From the IMG/VR virus record IMGVR_UViG_3300023100_000003, positions 30,755 through 94,754 of that record: a stretch of 64,000 nt of DNA; one strand, given 5' to 3'. The notes under the pieces were generated by a model. It did no database searches and was not told the DNA's origin. It saw only the letters and a list, made by a program, of their open reading frames with translations. Of this stretch, positions 52,648 to 62,832 are shown one piece after another; position 1 is the stretch's first letter; every line of letters begins with the position of its first letter. A program made the translations under genes and the position numbers. The stretch is from a virus (taxonomy: Duplodnaviria; Caudoviricetes).

Positions 52648-53230
52648 ACGAATTGGAGTAGATGTTGATAATACTGTTGTGGATGTTGGAGCTGGTTGGT
52701 TTAGGGATTTAATGAATAAATATCCTTATGATAAATCACTACTAGCCAAAGCTATTTGTGTAAATAAATATCCGTATAACCTTACAGAGTTATTTGACAT
52801 ACCGGAAGATGAAGATGGTTTTGCTTACTTTAAGTCTTCTCACTTATACTCAGGACTAAAACCTATTGAAAATAGTGTTGAAGTGCTACGGGAACTTAAA
52901 GCTAAAGGTTATCAATTAGTTTTCATTACTCGAATAGTAGGTAATTCAGCTAAGAGTAAATGTGAGTGGATTCATAAGCACTTTCCCTTTGCAGATGGTA
53001 TTCTGTTAGCTGGAGGAGATTGGCACGAGAAAGAGAAGAGTTTTGTAGATGTTGGGTATATGATTGAAGATTCTCTTAAACAGTTGGTAGCTATGCCAGA
53101 GGACGTAATAAAACTACACTATGAAACTTCCTATTACCAAACAGGTGTAGTTCCTCCAGAACATAATTTCACTCCAGTCAGAGATTGGCAAGCAATTAGA
53201 AAATATTTTGAAACAGAAGGGCAAGAATGA
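52640..53230 (+). CDS. Second HAD 5'(3')-deoxyribonucleotidase
   Basis: IGVDVDNTVVD, FITR, KCEWI, MIED. Confidence 0.82.
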   Translation: MLKRIGVDVDNTVVDVGAGWFRDLMNKYPYDKSLLAKAICVNKYPYNLTELFDIPEDEDGFAYFKSSHLYSGLKPIENSVEVLRELKAKGYQLVFITRIVGNSAKSKCEWIHKHFPFADGILLAGGDWHEKEKSFVDVGYMIEDSLKQLVAMPEDVIKLHYETSYYQTGVVPPEHNFTPVRDWQAIRKYFETEGQE

Positions 53231-53684
53231 GTAGTGAGAGTATTAGAGAATTGATAGACGAATTTTATACTAAACAGAAACGTAAGTATAATGAAGAACT
53301 AGAAGCTGAGAAGCTTAAACAAGAGGAAGAGGATAATGAACCAAGACGAACAACTGACACAACAAGTGATGGATCAAGTTAAAGAATTTAAGATAATTAA
53401 TTCGATCTGGTCCTATTACGAAACGATATTAGCTGCTATAATTGCAGTTGTAGGATTGGTGATGATCCTTAATAACCACTCATTATACGGAATGATAATT
53501 GCTTTAGTAGGGACTATAGTATTTCTGTATGCTGAGATTAAACGATTGAATAATTTAGTATCATTTCATAGTTCAAGTATATGGGAAGCTGTGATTTTTC
53601 AGAATGAAGCTTTAACAGACGTGGACACTACATTAAGAACATTAGGGCTTTATGACAAAGCTAATGAGATTTTAGAAGGAGGTG

Positions 53685-54224
53685 ATGGTGTCAATTAATT
53701 TTAATAGTATTGCAGAACGAGTTAATACTTGGAATAGTATTGCAGGAATGGATACTGAAGATGATAAAGCTTTAGAAGAACAGATTAAATTGTATGTAGA
53801 ACTTTGCCATGAAGAGACTGGGGAGGGTTACGACGCTGTAATAGCTGATACTGGAGAACGTTTAGCTAACCCAGATTATCAAGAAGTATTAGATATGGCT
53901 GTAGATAACTTTGTTGTTCTTAGTCGATTAATTACTTTACTATCTAGACGTGGATTTAGTGTTAATACTGCATTTGAAAGAGTGTTAGAAAATAATGATA
54001 CTAAGTTTATAGATAACACTTATGAAGGTCTAGGTGGTGATTTACCAGAAGTGATCTTAGAGAATATTCATTACTACAAACAAAAGAATATCGAAGTGAT
54101 ATATAAGTATAATAAAGATCATGATAAGTTTATTTTGTTTAACAGGGCTACAGGAAAGATATTAAAACCTAAAGAGTTTGAGTCTGTAAATATTAGTGAT
54201 TTAGTACCAGAGGACCTGTTATGA
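53685..54224 (+). CDS. MazG-like / PRA-PH nucleoside triphosphate pyrophosphohydrolase
   Basis: EETGE, EVLDMAVD, AFERVLENNDTK, GKILKP. Confidence 0.8.
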   Translation: MVSINFNSIAERVNTWNSIAGMDTEDDKALEEQIKLYVELCHEETGEGYDAVIADTGERLANPDYQEVLDMAVDNFVVLSRLITLLSRRGFSVNTAFERVLENNDTKFIDNTYEGLGGDLPEVILENIHYYKQKNIEVIYKYNKDHDKFILFNRATGKILKPKEFESVNISDLVPEDLL

Positions 54225-54494
54225 TAAACGAAGATATTCTAGATTGTGTAGTTAAACTAAACACTGAGTTAGCTGAACAAGGCTTTGAAGAAGGTGATAT
54301 TGAATTCTCTGTTAGCTCTAATGGTTGGGTGGTGAATGTAGAAGTATTAGGTGTCTGTATTTGGAGTACAGAAGATGATAATAGAGATTACAATGAACAA
54401 ACTGAAGAATACCAATTACTAGAAGACTATCTACGTAGAGAATTTAAAGCACTAGTAGCTAGAATTAATAGCATTCAACTTTAAGGAGAAATAA

Positions 54495-55379
54495 TTGACA
54501 GAATATTATGGTGAAGAAGGTTATATAGAATTAATTAAAGATATTCTTGATGATGGGATTGAACAAGTTGATCGTACTGGCGTAGGAACAATATCAATCT
54601 TTGATGCTAAGGTTATTTATCCAGAAGATAGTTTTGCTTGTTTCTCTACAGTCAAACCTGCTGCTTTAAGAATGGCTTTTGAAGAGTTGTGGTTCTTCCT
54701 TAGAGGGGAGACAGATACTAAGAAGTTAGAAGCTAAAGGTATTAACTTTTGGAAAGGGAACAGTTCACGAGAGTTTTTAAATAAGAGGGGACTAACAGGT
54801 TTACCTGAAGGAAACTTAGGTGCTGCTTACAGTTCTCAATTTAGAAACTTTGGAGGCTATACCCAAAAAGTACAAGGTGTAGATCAATTAAAAACTCTTG
54901 TAGAAGATTTAAAGAGAGATCCTTATTCTAGACGATTGATGATTGATTTGTGGAATCCAGCGGAACACGGTTCAATGTGTCTAACTCCTTGCTGGTTTAA
55001 CTTTCAAGTTGTAGTGATTGGAGAATATTTACATCTGAAGTTACGTAACCGTTCATTAGATGCTGTGTTTGGATTTAGCTTTGCTGTACAACAATATCGT
55101 CTACTACAGTATTGTCTGTGTAAGATGTTTGGATACAAACTAGGTCGCTTATCTGCTGATCTTAGTCATGTGCATATCTACCTAAATCAGATTGAATACG
55201 CGAAAGAATTAGTAACAAGAGATTTAGGTAAACAAGGTCAAATTATTTTACATAAAGACTTTAAAGAGTTGAATAATATAGATGATCTACTAAACTTACA
55301 ATGGGAGGATTTCACAATCCATAACTTAGAAGTTAATACGAAAGAATTTGTTACACCACGTCCACCAATGTCGGTTTGA
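54495..55379 (+). CDS. thyA: Thymidylate synthase (divergent active-site motifs)
   Basis: DRTGVGT, ELWFFLRG, DQL, SRR, LTPC, RSLD, HIYLN. Confidence 0.85.
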   Translation: MTEYYGEEGYIELIKDILDDGIEQVDRTGVGTISIFDAKVIYPEDSFACFSTVKPAALRMAFEELWFFLRGETDTKKLEAKGINFWKGNSSREFLNKRGLTGLPEGNLGAAYSSQFRNFGGYTQKVQGVDQLKTLVEDLKRDPYSRRLMIDLWNPAEHGSMCLTPCWFNFQVVVIGEYLHLKLRNRSLDAVFGFSFAVQQYRLLQYCLCKMFGYKLGRLSADLSHVHIYLNQIEYAKELVTRDLGKQGQIILHKDFKELNNIDDLLNLQWEDFTIHNLEVNTKEFVTPRPPMSV

Positions 55380-56072
55380 ATATGAACTTATATGAATTCA
55401 TAACAGCTAATCCAATATGGACATTTGCATTTATATGGTTTCTATTTTGTACAATAGAACATTGTTTAGATAATATTTGTGACACAATAAGAGGTAGGAG
55501 AAAGAGAGATGAAAAAGTTTGATATTGTAAACAAGAATGGATTAAGACTAGATATCTTGGATGATAATGAAGATGATTGTTGTGAGGAACAATACATTAG
55601 AATAATTGAATTAAAAGAAGCGTATGCTTTACTAAGTAAGTTAGTAGAGTTTATTAAGATGAAAGAAACATCGAATGATGACCAACAAAGTTAAGGAGTA
55701 TTTGTGTATCACAATTTGTCGATAAGCGATTTGATGGGGGTTGATGGCTTTAAAGAAGCTTATGGAACCAAAGATGAAGCAACAATTAAACGTATTTTAT
55801 TTGAAAACGGTATGGATGTAGCTAAGCCCTATGAAGAGAATGTATGTGGGCACAGAAACCTGAAGAATCAGCACGTACATTGTAGTAGATATGAAGGTAT
55901 TGAGAGGACAGATTACTTTTGGCTGAAAGAATCAGGATGTGCAACACTAGAAGCTTGGATTGCATCATCGAATGACTTAAGTTTTAGAGAAGAGATGAGA
56001 AGTTTATCAAAAGAAACTAATAAATCCGCTGAACGAGAATACGTAAGTAAGAATTATACTAAGGAGTGATGT

Positions 56073-58895
56073 TTGAAAGAGGTTGATACAGTAGTAGCGT
56101 ATAATGGTATTTTAATTGACTATGTAAGAGATAAACTAATCCCAGAGAAAGGATTAGTATTACTTACAAAGAAAGGTTTCTACAAGAAAGAACATGAAGA
56201 CTCTCCTCAAGAGAGTTTTGCAAGAGCAGCTACTTGTTATTCATTCGGAGATTATGAATTTGCTCAACGTATTTACGATTATGCTAGTAAGGGTTGGTTT
56301 ACTAATGCTTCCCCGGTATTAAGTAACGCAGTAGATATTGAATGGCCTACATTCTCGTCAGAACAATTCGAAGAAGCTGGTGAATGGTTAGAAGAAAATG
56401 TAATTCCTGATGGAATGCCAATATCATGTTTCTTATCAATGATTACAGATAGTAAGAAAGGTTTGGTGGATACAAACACAGAAGCTAGATGGTTAAGCAT
56501 GATGGGAGGTGGTATCGGTATCTATGCAGCTAATAGAGCACCAGATGAAAAGTCTACAGGTATTATGGCCCATTTACGTGGATATGATGCTGATGCTTTA
56601 TCTTACAAACAAACTGAATCCCGTAGAGGAAGTATTGCAGTTTATTTAGATGTAGATCATCCAGAAATTATTTCTTTCTTGGAGATGCGTAATCCTGTAG
56701 GGGGAGATTCTAATAAGAAATGCTTCAACCTTAATAATGCAGTAAACATTACTGATAAGTTTATGAGAGCTGTTATTAATGGTGAAGAGTATGAGCTGGT
56801 TGATCCTAAGCACGGTAACACTGGAAGATTCTTAAAAGCTCGTGAAGTGTGGACTAAGATATTACAAACACGATATGAAACTGGGGAACCCTACTTAAAC
56901 TTTATTGATACCATTAATAAGAATATTCCTAGTTGGATAACTAAACCAACTTATAAAGTACAACAAAGTAATTTGTGTGTTGCACCAGAGACTCAAATAT
57001 TAACCCGACAAGGCTATATACCAATTTCTGAATTAGAAGATTGTGATGTTGATGTTTGGAATGGAGAAGAATGGTCTGAAGTGTACCCTAAGAAAACTGG
57101 CGTTAACCAAAAGTTATTGAAAGTTACAACTAGTTCGGGTCAAGTTCTTGAATGTACAGAATATCATAAGTGGTATGTGTTTACTGGCTATGGTAAACCT
57201 TACATTGAGAAAAGAACCTATGAACTTAAAGAAGGTGATAAGTTAATCAAGTTTGATTTACCTGTGATTGAAGGGGTTAAAGATTTAGACTATGCATATG
57301 ATAATGGTTTTTTCTCTGGCGATGGAAGTCACTCTCAAGGAATACCTATAATTTACTTATACAATGAAAAAAGATTATTGAAAGATAAATTTACAAGTGT
57401 ATACAGTTGGTATGATCAAGAAGACAATAATAGAATCATTGGAAGGTCTAAATTATTAAAAGAAAAATACTTTGTCCCTACCAGTGATTATTCTGTTAAA
57501 TCACGGTTAGATTGGTTGGCGGGGTATCTCGATGCTGATGGATGTGTATATAGAAATGGAACCAATGAGGCAATTACAGCTTGTAGTATAAACTATACTT
57601 TCTTGCAAGAAGTTCAGCTTATGTTACAAACGTTAGGAGTTTCTTGTAAAATACATAAAATGTCTGATAGTGGCATGAAAATGCTTCCTGCAAACGATGG
57701 TAGTGGCGAGAATAAATTATTTTCTTGTAAAGAATCCTACCGTTTACTGATAACTAGTTATGATTCATTTAAATTATTATCCTTAGGACTTGAAACTTTC
57801 AGATTGAAAATAGAAACCAGACGTCCACAAAGGGATGCAAAGCAGTTCAATAAAATTGTATCTGTAGTAGACGAAGGTAGGCATGATGATACTTGGTGTT
57901 TTACTGAACAAAAAAGAAATATGGGGATGTTTAACGGAATTCTTACAGGAAACTGTAATGAAATAACTCTCATGACAAGTAAGAAACGTACAGCAGTTTG
58001 TTGTTTGTCTAGTCCAAACATTGATAAATATGATGAATGGAAAGATACAACAATGATTCAAGACTTAGTTCGTTATCTTGATAATGTGTTGGAATACTTT
58101 ATTAGGTTAGCTCCTGTAGAATTAAGTAAAGCTGTTTACTCAGCTAGTAAAGAAAGAGCAATTGGTTTAGGAGCTTTAGGATTTCACTCTTACTTACAAT
58201 CTAAACGTATTCCTTTTGAATCTGGTGGATTTAATAGTGCAGCTAGTGAAACACATAGAATCTTCTCAAACATTAAGGAAGAAGCTGTAAAGGCTAGTAA
58301 GCAGTTAGCTAAAGAACGTGGGGAATGTAGTGATTGTCTTGGTAGTGGAATGCGTAACAGTCATTTAATGGCTATTGCACCCAATGCTTCAAGTAGTGAT
58401 ATTGTTGGTGTATCTCCTAGCTGTGAACCTTTAGCTGCTAATGCATTTTTATCTGAAGGTAGAGCTGGTAGTTTCTTGATTAAGAATCATAGACTGAAAG
58501 AAGAATTACAGGAACTTAATTTAGATACAGACGAGTTTTGGGAACAAGTAGAACAGGATAAAGGTAGTATTAGAAACATCAAAGGATTACCTGATTGGAT
58601 GTATGGTGTTTATAAAACGTTCTCTGAGATAGATCCTAAATGGGTAATAGAACTTGCATCCATCAGACAACCACATGTTTGTCAAGGTATGTCTAATAAT
58701 ATCAAAGTTAGGAAAGACATTACATTCCAAGAGATGAGTGATATACATATATTAGCTTGGGCTAAGAAGCTGAAAGGTTTGTATTACTGTAGAGCAGAGA
58801 AACCTGTACAGACAACAAACACAGATGTCACACAACCTTTGAATCGTGTGAATGTAGAGATTAATTTTGAAACCTGTTTAAGTTGCGAGGGATAG
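56073..58895 (+). CDS. nrdA: Class I ribonucleotide reductase alpha subunit containing an intein
   Basis: ISCF, GGGIG, RRGSIAVY, GEPY, SNL|C.EI after splicing, RAIGLG, AIAPNASS, LYY, C-terminal CLSCEG. Confidence 0.95.
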   Translation: MKEVDTVVAYNGILIDYVRDKLIPEKGLVLLTKKGFYKKEHEDSPQESFARAATCYSFGDYEFAQRIYDYASKGWFTNASPVLSNAVDIEWPTFSSEQFEEAGEWLEENVIPDGMPISCFLSMITDSKKGLVDTNTEARWLSMMGGGIGIYAANRAPDEKSTGIMAHLRGYDADALSYKQTESRRGSIAVYLDVDHPEIISFLEMRNPVGGDSNKKCFNLNNAVNITDKFMRAVINGEEYELVDPKHGNTGRFLKAREVWTKILQTRYETGEPYLNFIDTINKNIPSWITKPTYKVQQSNLCVAPETQILTRQGYIPISELEDCDVDVWNGEEWSEVYPKKTGVNQKLLKVTTSSGQVLECTEYHKWYVFTGYGKPYIEKRTYELKEGDKLIKFDLPVIEGVKDLDYAYDNGFFSGDGSHSQGIPIIYLYNEKRLLKDKFTSVYSWYDQEDNNRIIGRSKLLKEKYFVPTSDYSVKSRLDWLAGYLDADGCVYRNGTNEAITACSINYTFLQEVQLMLQTLGVSCKIHKMSDSGMKMLPANDGSGENKLFSCKESYRLLITSYDSFKLLSLGLETFRLKIETRRPQRDAKQFNKIVSVVDEGRHDDTWCFTEQKRNMGMFNGILTGNCNEITLMTSKKRTAVCCLSSPNIDKYDEWKDTTMIQDLVRYLDNVLEYFIRLAPVELSKAVYSASKERAIGLGALGFHSYLQSKRIPFESGGFNSAASETHRIFSNIKEEAVKASKQLAKERGECSDCLGSGMRNSHLMAIAPNASSSDIVGVSPSCEPLAANAFLSEGRAGSFLIKNHRLKEELQELNLDTDEFWEQVEQDKGSIRNIKGLPDWMYGVYKTFSEIDPKWVIELASIRQPHVCQGMSNNIKVRKDITFQEMSDIHILAWAKKLKGLYYCRAEKPVQTTNTDVTQPLNRVNVEINFETCLSCEG
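56976..57953 (+). mobile_element. Intein with LAGLIDADG homing endonuclease (326 aa) in nrdA
   Basis: Begins CVAPETQIL, block B LECTEYHKW, endonuclease motifs NGFFSGDG and LAGYLDADG, ends GILTGN with +1 Cys. Confidence 0.93.
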
Positions 58896-59900
58896 ATGTC
58901 AGTATTCGAAGAAAGTTTAAGTTATAGACCGTTTAAGTATCCGTTTGCAGTAGAAGCAGAAAAGAAACAAGTTATTGATACATATTGGCATGAGGGGCAA
59001 ATTGATCTACAAGACGATTTGAGACAGTACTATTCAAAAGATGGTTTAAAGACTCCTAATTGTTCTCATGAATACAATAAATATGTTCTTGATACTTTGT
59101 TATTGTTTTTTACTCAATTAGATATGAGTGTTGCACAGGGTTATGTTGAGTTACTTCCTCATACAAAGAACAATGAAATTAAATCATTATTTCTGACACA
59201 TGGATCAAAGGAAGTTAGACATCAAAGAGCTTATGCTCTTGCAGGAGAAACCTTTGGATTTACAGATGCAGATTGGAATGCATTTAGACAGTACAAAGAA
59301 ATGACTAGTAAGATTGATGTGATGACTTTCAATTCTGTTCCTGTTAGTACTCCACTAGGTTATGCATTAAAGCTTACTCAGGTGTTGCTAGGGGAAGGTA
59401 TTGGATTGTTTGCAGCATTCACCAGTCTATTGAACTTCAAGCGATACGGCCTTCTTATAGGCTTTAATGATATTAACCAGTGGTCATTGCTTGATGAGTT
59501 TTTACATGTTGAAAACAACATTACAGTATTGAAGCAGATCATACCTGAACTCGATGATAGTGAAAGAAATAACCTTATTGAAGTCACTAAAGTTCTAGTA
59601 AAAGATTTTGTTGATGCTGAACATGCTGTTATTGATTTGTTGTACGAGAAAGGTAGTCTGGAAGGTATTGATAAAGAAGACTTTAAGAATTACATCAACT
59701 ATTTAGGAAAGAACATATTGTTCAAAATAGGTTATGTTGGGAGTCTTGAAGTACCTAATAACCCTTTAAAGTGGATGGATAGTATGTTGAGTGCAGAACG
59801 TCATGGAGCTTTCTTTGAAAAGAAAATTACTGACTATTCTCATAAGAAACTTGAAGGTGATATTGATTACAATAAGTATAAGGTATTACTTGACAACTAA
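58896..59900 (+). CDS. nrdB: Ribonucleotide reductase beta subunit
   Basis: FFTQLD, EVRHQRAY, EGIGLFAAF, DEFLH, FFE. Confidence 0.93.
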   Translation: MSVFEESLSYRPFKYPFAVEAEKKQVIDTYWHEGQIDLQDDLRQYYSKDGLKTPNCSHEYNKYVLDTLLLFFTQLDMSVAQGYVELLPHTKNNEIKSLFLTHGSKEVRHQRAYALAGETFGFTDADWNAFRQYKEMTSKIDVMTFNSVPVSTPLGYALKLTQVLLGEGIGLFAAFTSLLNFKRYGLLIGFNDINQWSLLDEFLHVENNITVLKQIIPELDDSERNNLIEVTKVLVKDFVDAEHAVIDLLYEKGSLEGIDKEDFKNYINYLGKNILFKIGYVGSLEVPNNPLKWMDSMLSAERHGAFFEKKITDYSHKKLEGDIDYNKYKVLLDN

Positions 59901-59918
59901 GTTAGTATAAGCGATACT
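59890..59918 (+). promoter_or_regulatory. sigma70 promoter
   Basis: TTGACA-N17-GATACT. Confidence 0.6.
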
Positions 59919-59928
59919 AAACCTGTAA

Positions 59929-59968
59929 CCTCACGTGACTTCAGGTTGCGTGGGGATTTTTTGTTTTT
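59929..59968 (+). terminator. Rho-independent terminator
   Basis: CCTCACGTGAC-TTCAG-GTTGCGTGGGG followed by TTTTTTGTTTTT. Confidence 0.8.
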
Positions 59969-61504
59969 ATGGGAGGAGTAAATTATGGTAAATATAATTA
60001 TGAGAGCTGTGTTTGTTTTATTCCCTGCAATACTAGTAGGGTTAATAGTTACATTAATAACTAACCCTGAAATAGGGATGATATTTGCAGCAGGTATGAT
60101 AGGACTTGGATTAGAGTGTACATCTCCTAAGAAACAAAGAGGAGAAGGTGATCACTATCCTTGGGATTAGTGGTTGATAGAGGTAATATTAGATATTAAG
60201 GTAGGTAATAAAATGAATGGTAAATTAATAGTAGGTGTTTGCTTGATTGTATGTTTGGTTAGTGGTATTATAGCTCTTAGCTTAAATACTAAGTATGTAT
60301 TATTGTCAGTGGTGTACAATACAGCATCAAGGACAACTAGTGTAGTGAATACTAGATTTAATAGTTTGGAGAATTGTTTAGCTGCAAAACAGGAGTTGAT
60401 TAAGGGGAGTGAATTTCCTTATCAACAATATTTCGAGATTCGTGGAGGGTGTTACAAATTATGATTAAAATATATCGTGGTATAGCAGGTATTGTTGGCT
60501 ATGAGTATAATGGGAAAGTTTACCCATTTGGGGATTACGACCTTCCTTACGAAGATATTTGTAAGGAAATTCCTAGTGAAATGTATGCGTACTATACAGA
60601 AAATTATCCAGAAGATTTTAAAATAGACTTCCCAGAAGGATTGTTAGACTCTAACCTAATAGCTACGTATACTCCTGAAGATGGGATTAAATACGTATGA
60701 AATGGTCTATATTTTGTTTAGTTATAGGATTTATCTGTGTGGTTGTAGGCTTCAAGATTGATGCACCTTTTGTAATTGCTATAAATGCTTTTGCTATGGG
60801 ATTACATTTTAAAGATATTGTTCAGGAGATGGAAAATGGCAACAGTAACAATTAATGATAACTGGCGTATCCAGATTGATTCACTAAATCACACACTGGA
60901 ACAATATGTACAAGGTGGTGCATTGATTACCGCTGGTCCTAAGAAAGGAAAGATTAGTGAACCTAGGTGGGTAACTAATGGTTACTATCCAAACATATCA
61001 CAGTGTCTGAGAGCTGTTGTAAGAGTGGAGGCTGCTGCACTATCAGATACAGATTTAAATGGTTACATCACGCGTTTAGAACGGCTACAAGAGGAGATTA
61101 AGATATGTTGAACATAAAATCACAAGAATTACTAGATCTTATTCATAAAGAATTTGAGAGTATCTCTAAATGTAGTTATGTGGACAGTTCTACTATTTAT
61201 TTAGGTGAAGTAGATGGTATTGAATTTACTATCACATTATCTAGAGATGAAGAAAGCTTCATGGAGGAAGGTGATCATATGGATAACGCTATTATTACTA
61301 AATCTCAAGGAGATCAAAGTTGAAAGTAGAAGTTAAAGAGAAAACATTCCATCCTATCACTATTACACTTGAGTCTTTTATAGAATTAAGTTCTTTATTA
61401 AATGTTTTAGAGAGACAAGATTATTATAGAAGTGATTATGATATACTTCTAGAGTTAACAAAGAAACTAAGGTTAATACATAAATCTAATTGGTAAATTT
61501 TAGA

Positions 61505-61560
61505 CAAAAGAAAACCCCAACACCATTACAGTGAAGGGGCTATAAGCTATTATTATTTTA
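61505..61560. terminator. Terminator between convergent arms
   Basis: A-tract then CCCC..CAC-CATTACA-GTG..GGGG hairpin; reads as hairpin plus U-tract on the minus strand. Confidence 0.6.
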
Positions 61561-61614
61561 TATTGTTATTCCCTTCCTTAAGAATATTTATTATTCTTCC
61601 CTTCTTACATTGAA

Positions 61615-62832
61615 TTAGTATTCTGTAAATTCAATAGTAATCTTCAAACTACCACCAGTAATAGTCACACCATTAAGATTAATGGCCATTGCTTGTGCAA
61701 CACCAACTAATGTCAAACCTTTACCACGTTCACCAAAGTTAATGTAAGCAATGTTATCATCTGTAGATGTAGCAGGACCGAATGCCGCTGTGATAATAGC
61801 GACATCCCCTGTAGTAGTACCTGTAGTAGGGTTAGCTGTGTAAATCGCTCCTACAGCAGTTGCAGCAGCATCAGTAGAGATCATTGGAACAGCAGTAGAT
61901 GCAGTAGAACTACCACCACTATTTGCTGTACTTCTTTTCTTAATATAAATATCTACCAATCCACCTGTAGTTTGAGTACCAGATATAATTATCTGAGTAA
62001 TCTCTACAGTTTTAGAAGCACTACCTATCAATTGGAATACATCACTTGCTGTAGCAGCAGGAGTAACAACAAAAGCTGTACGGTAAGTTGCTTTATGACG
62101 TTGTTGATCTTTGACTACCAAACTACCGTAGATATCTGTAATTGGCATAATGTAATCACCAGACGCAGAAACATTGGAAGTGAGGGAATCATTACGTAGT
62201 GCTAAAGAAGCAACACCTACATCCCCACTAGCTGCTACAGCATCTTCAGCTTTACCTAAAGAAGTAGCAGATGTACCCCCAGTACCTAAGTTAGCAGTGA
62301 TAGTTCCCGTTGCAGTAACGTTTAAGTTAGCAGCAGTAGCTTGAGCTACGATAGTAGAAGTTCCTGTGAAAGCCTCTTGGCAAAAATTACTATGAGCTTG
62401 AATACTCCCACCACCAATAGTTGTAGCTATTCTTAATCTCATGTATCTGAAATTAATAGCACCAACATAAATAATACTGGTTGCAGTTGCAGTGATAGCA
62501 GTTACGATAGGTAATTGAGCTAATACAGCTTGGTTAAATACAGGTATTGCTTGGAAGTTTACGTTATCATTACTACCTTCAAATATGAATGTACCTGATG
62601 TGCCAGTACTCACTACTTGAACAGCGAATGATTTATAAGCTTGAACATCTGTAGCAGATGTACCTGAAGTTGCTGTAAGAATGTTGTTTACTGTAGTAGT
62701 TTGAGTAGCTTGGCCTGTTACGGCCAAATTAGTCATTACTACGTTTACTGTAGATTGATCAGAAGCTAACACTACAGGAGTACTATTTGCAGCAGTAGCT
62801 TGCCCAAGGGGCGGTGTAGCGGAATATGCCAT
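61615..62832 (-). CDS. Virion structural / tail-fibre-associated protein
   Basis: 405 aa, Thr/Ala/Ser/Gly-rich and beta-type (FEGSNDNVNF, RYMRLRI); overlaps the stop of the fibre gene. Confidence 0.65.
   Translation of the reverse strand: MAYSATPPLGQATAANSTPVVLASDQSTVNVVMTNLAVTGQATQTTTVNNILTATSGTSATDVQAYKSFAVQVVSTGTSGTFIFEGSNDNVNFQAIPVFNQAVLAQLPIVTAITATATSIIYVGAINFRYMRLRIATTIGGGSIQAHSNFCQEAFTGTSTIVAQATAANLNVTATGTITANLGTGGTSATSLGKAEDAVAASGDVGVASLALRNDSLTSNVSASGDYIMPITDIYGSLVVKDQQRHKATYRTAFVVTPAATASDVFQLIGSASKTVEITQIIISGTQTTGGLVDIYIKKRSTANSGGSSTASTAVPMISTDAAATAVGAIYTANPTTGTTTGDVAIITAAFGPATSTDDNIAYINFGERGKGLTLVGVAQAMAINLNGVTITGGSLKITIEFTEY

Noticed and set aside
8436-59587. Many minus-strand ORFs inside the plus-strand arm (e.g. 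8436-8825, 9197-9463, 34166-34639, 40315-40623, 57758-58061)
   Set aside because: They overlap well-supported plus-strand genes and show no motifs
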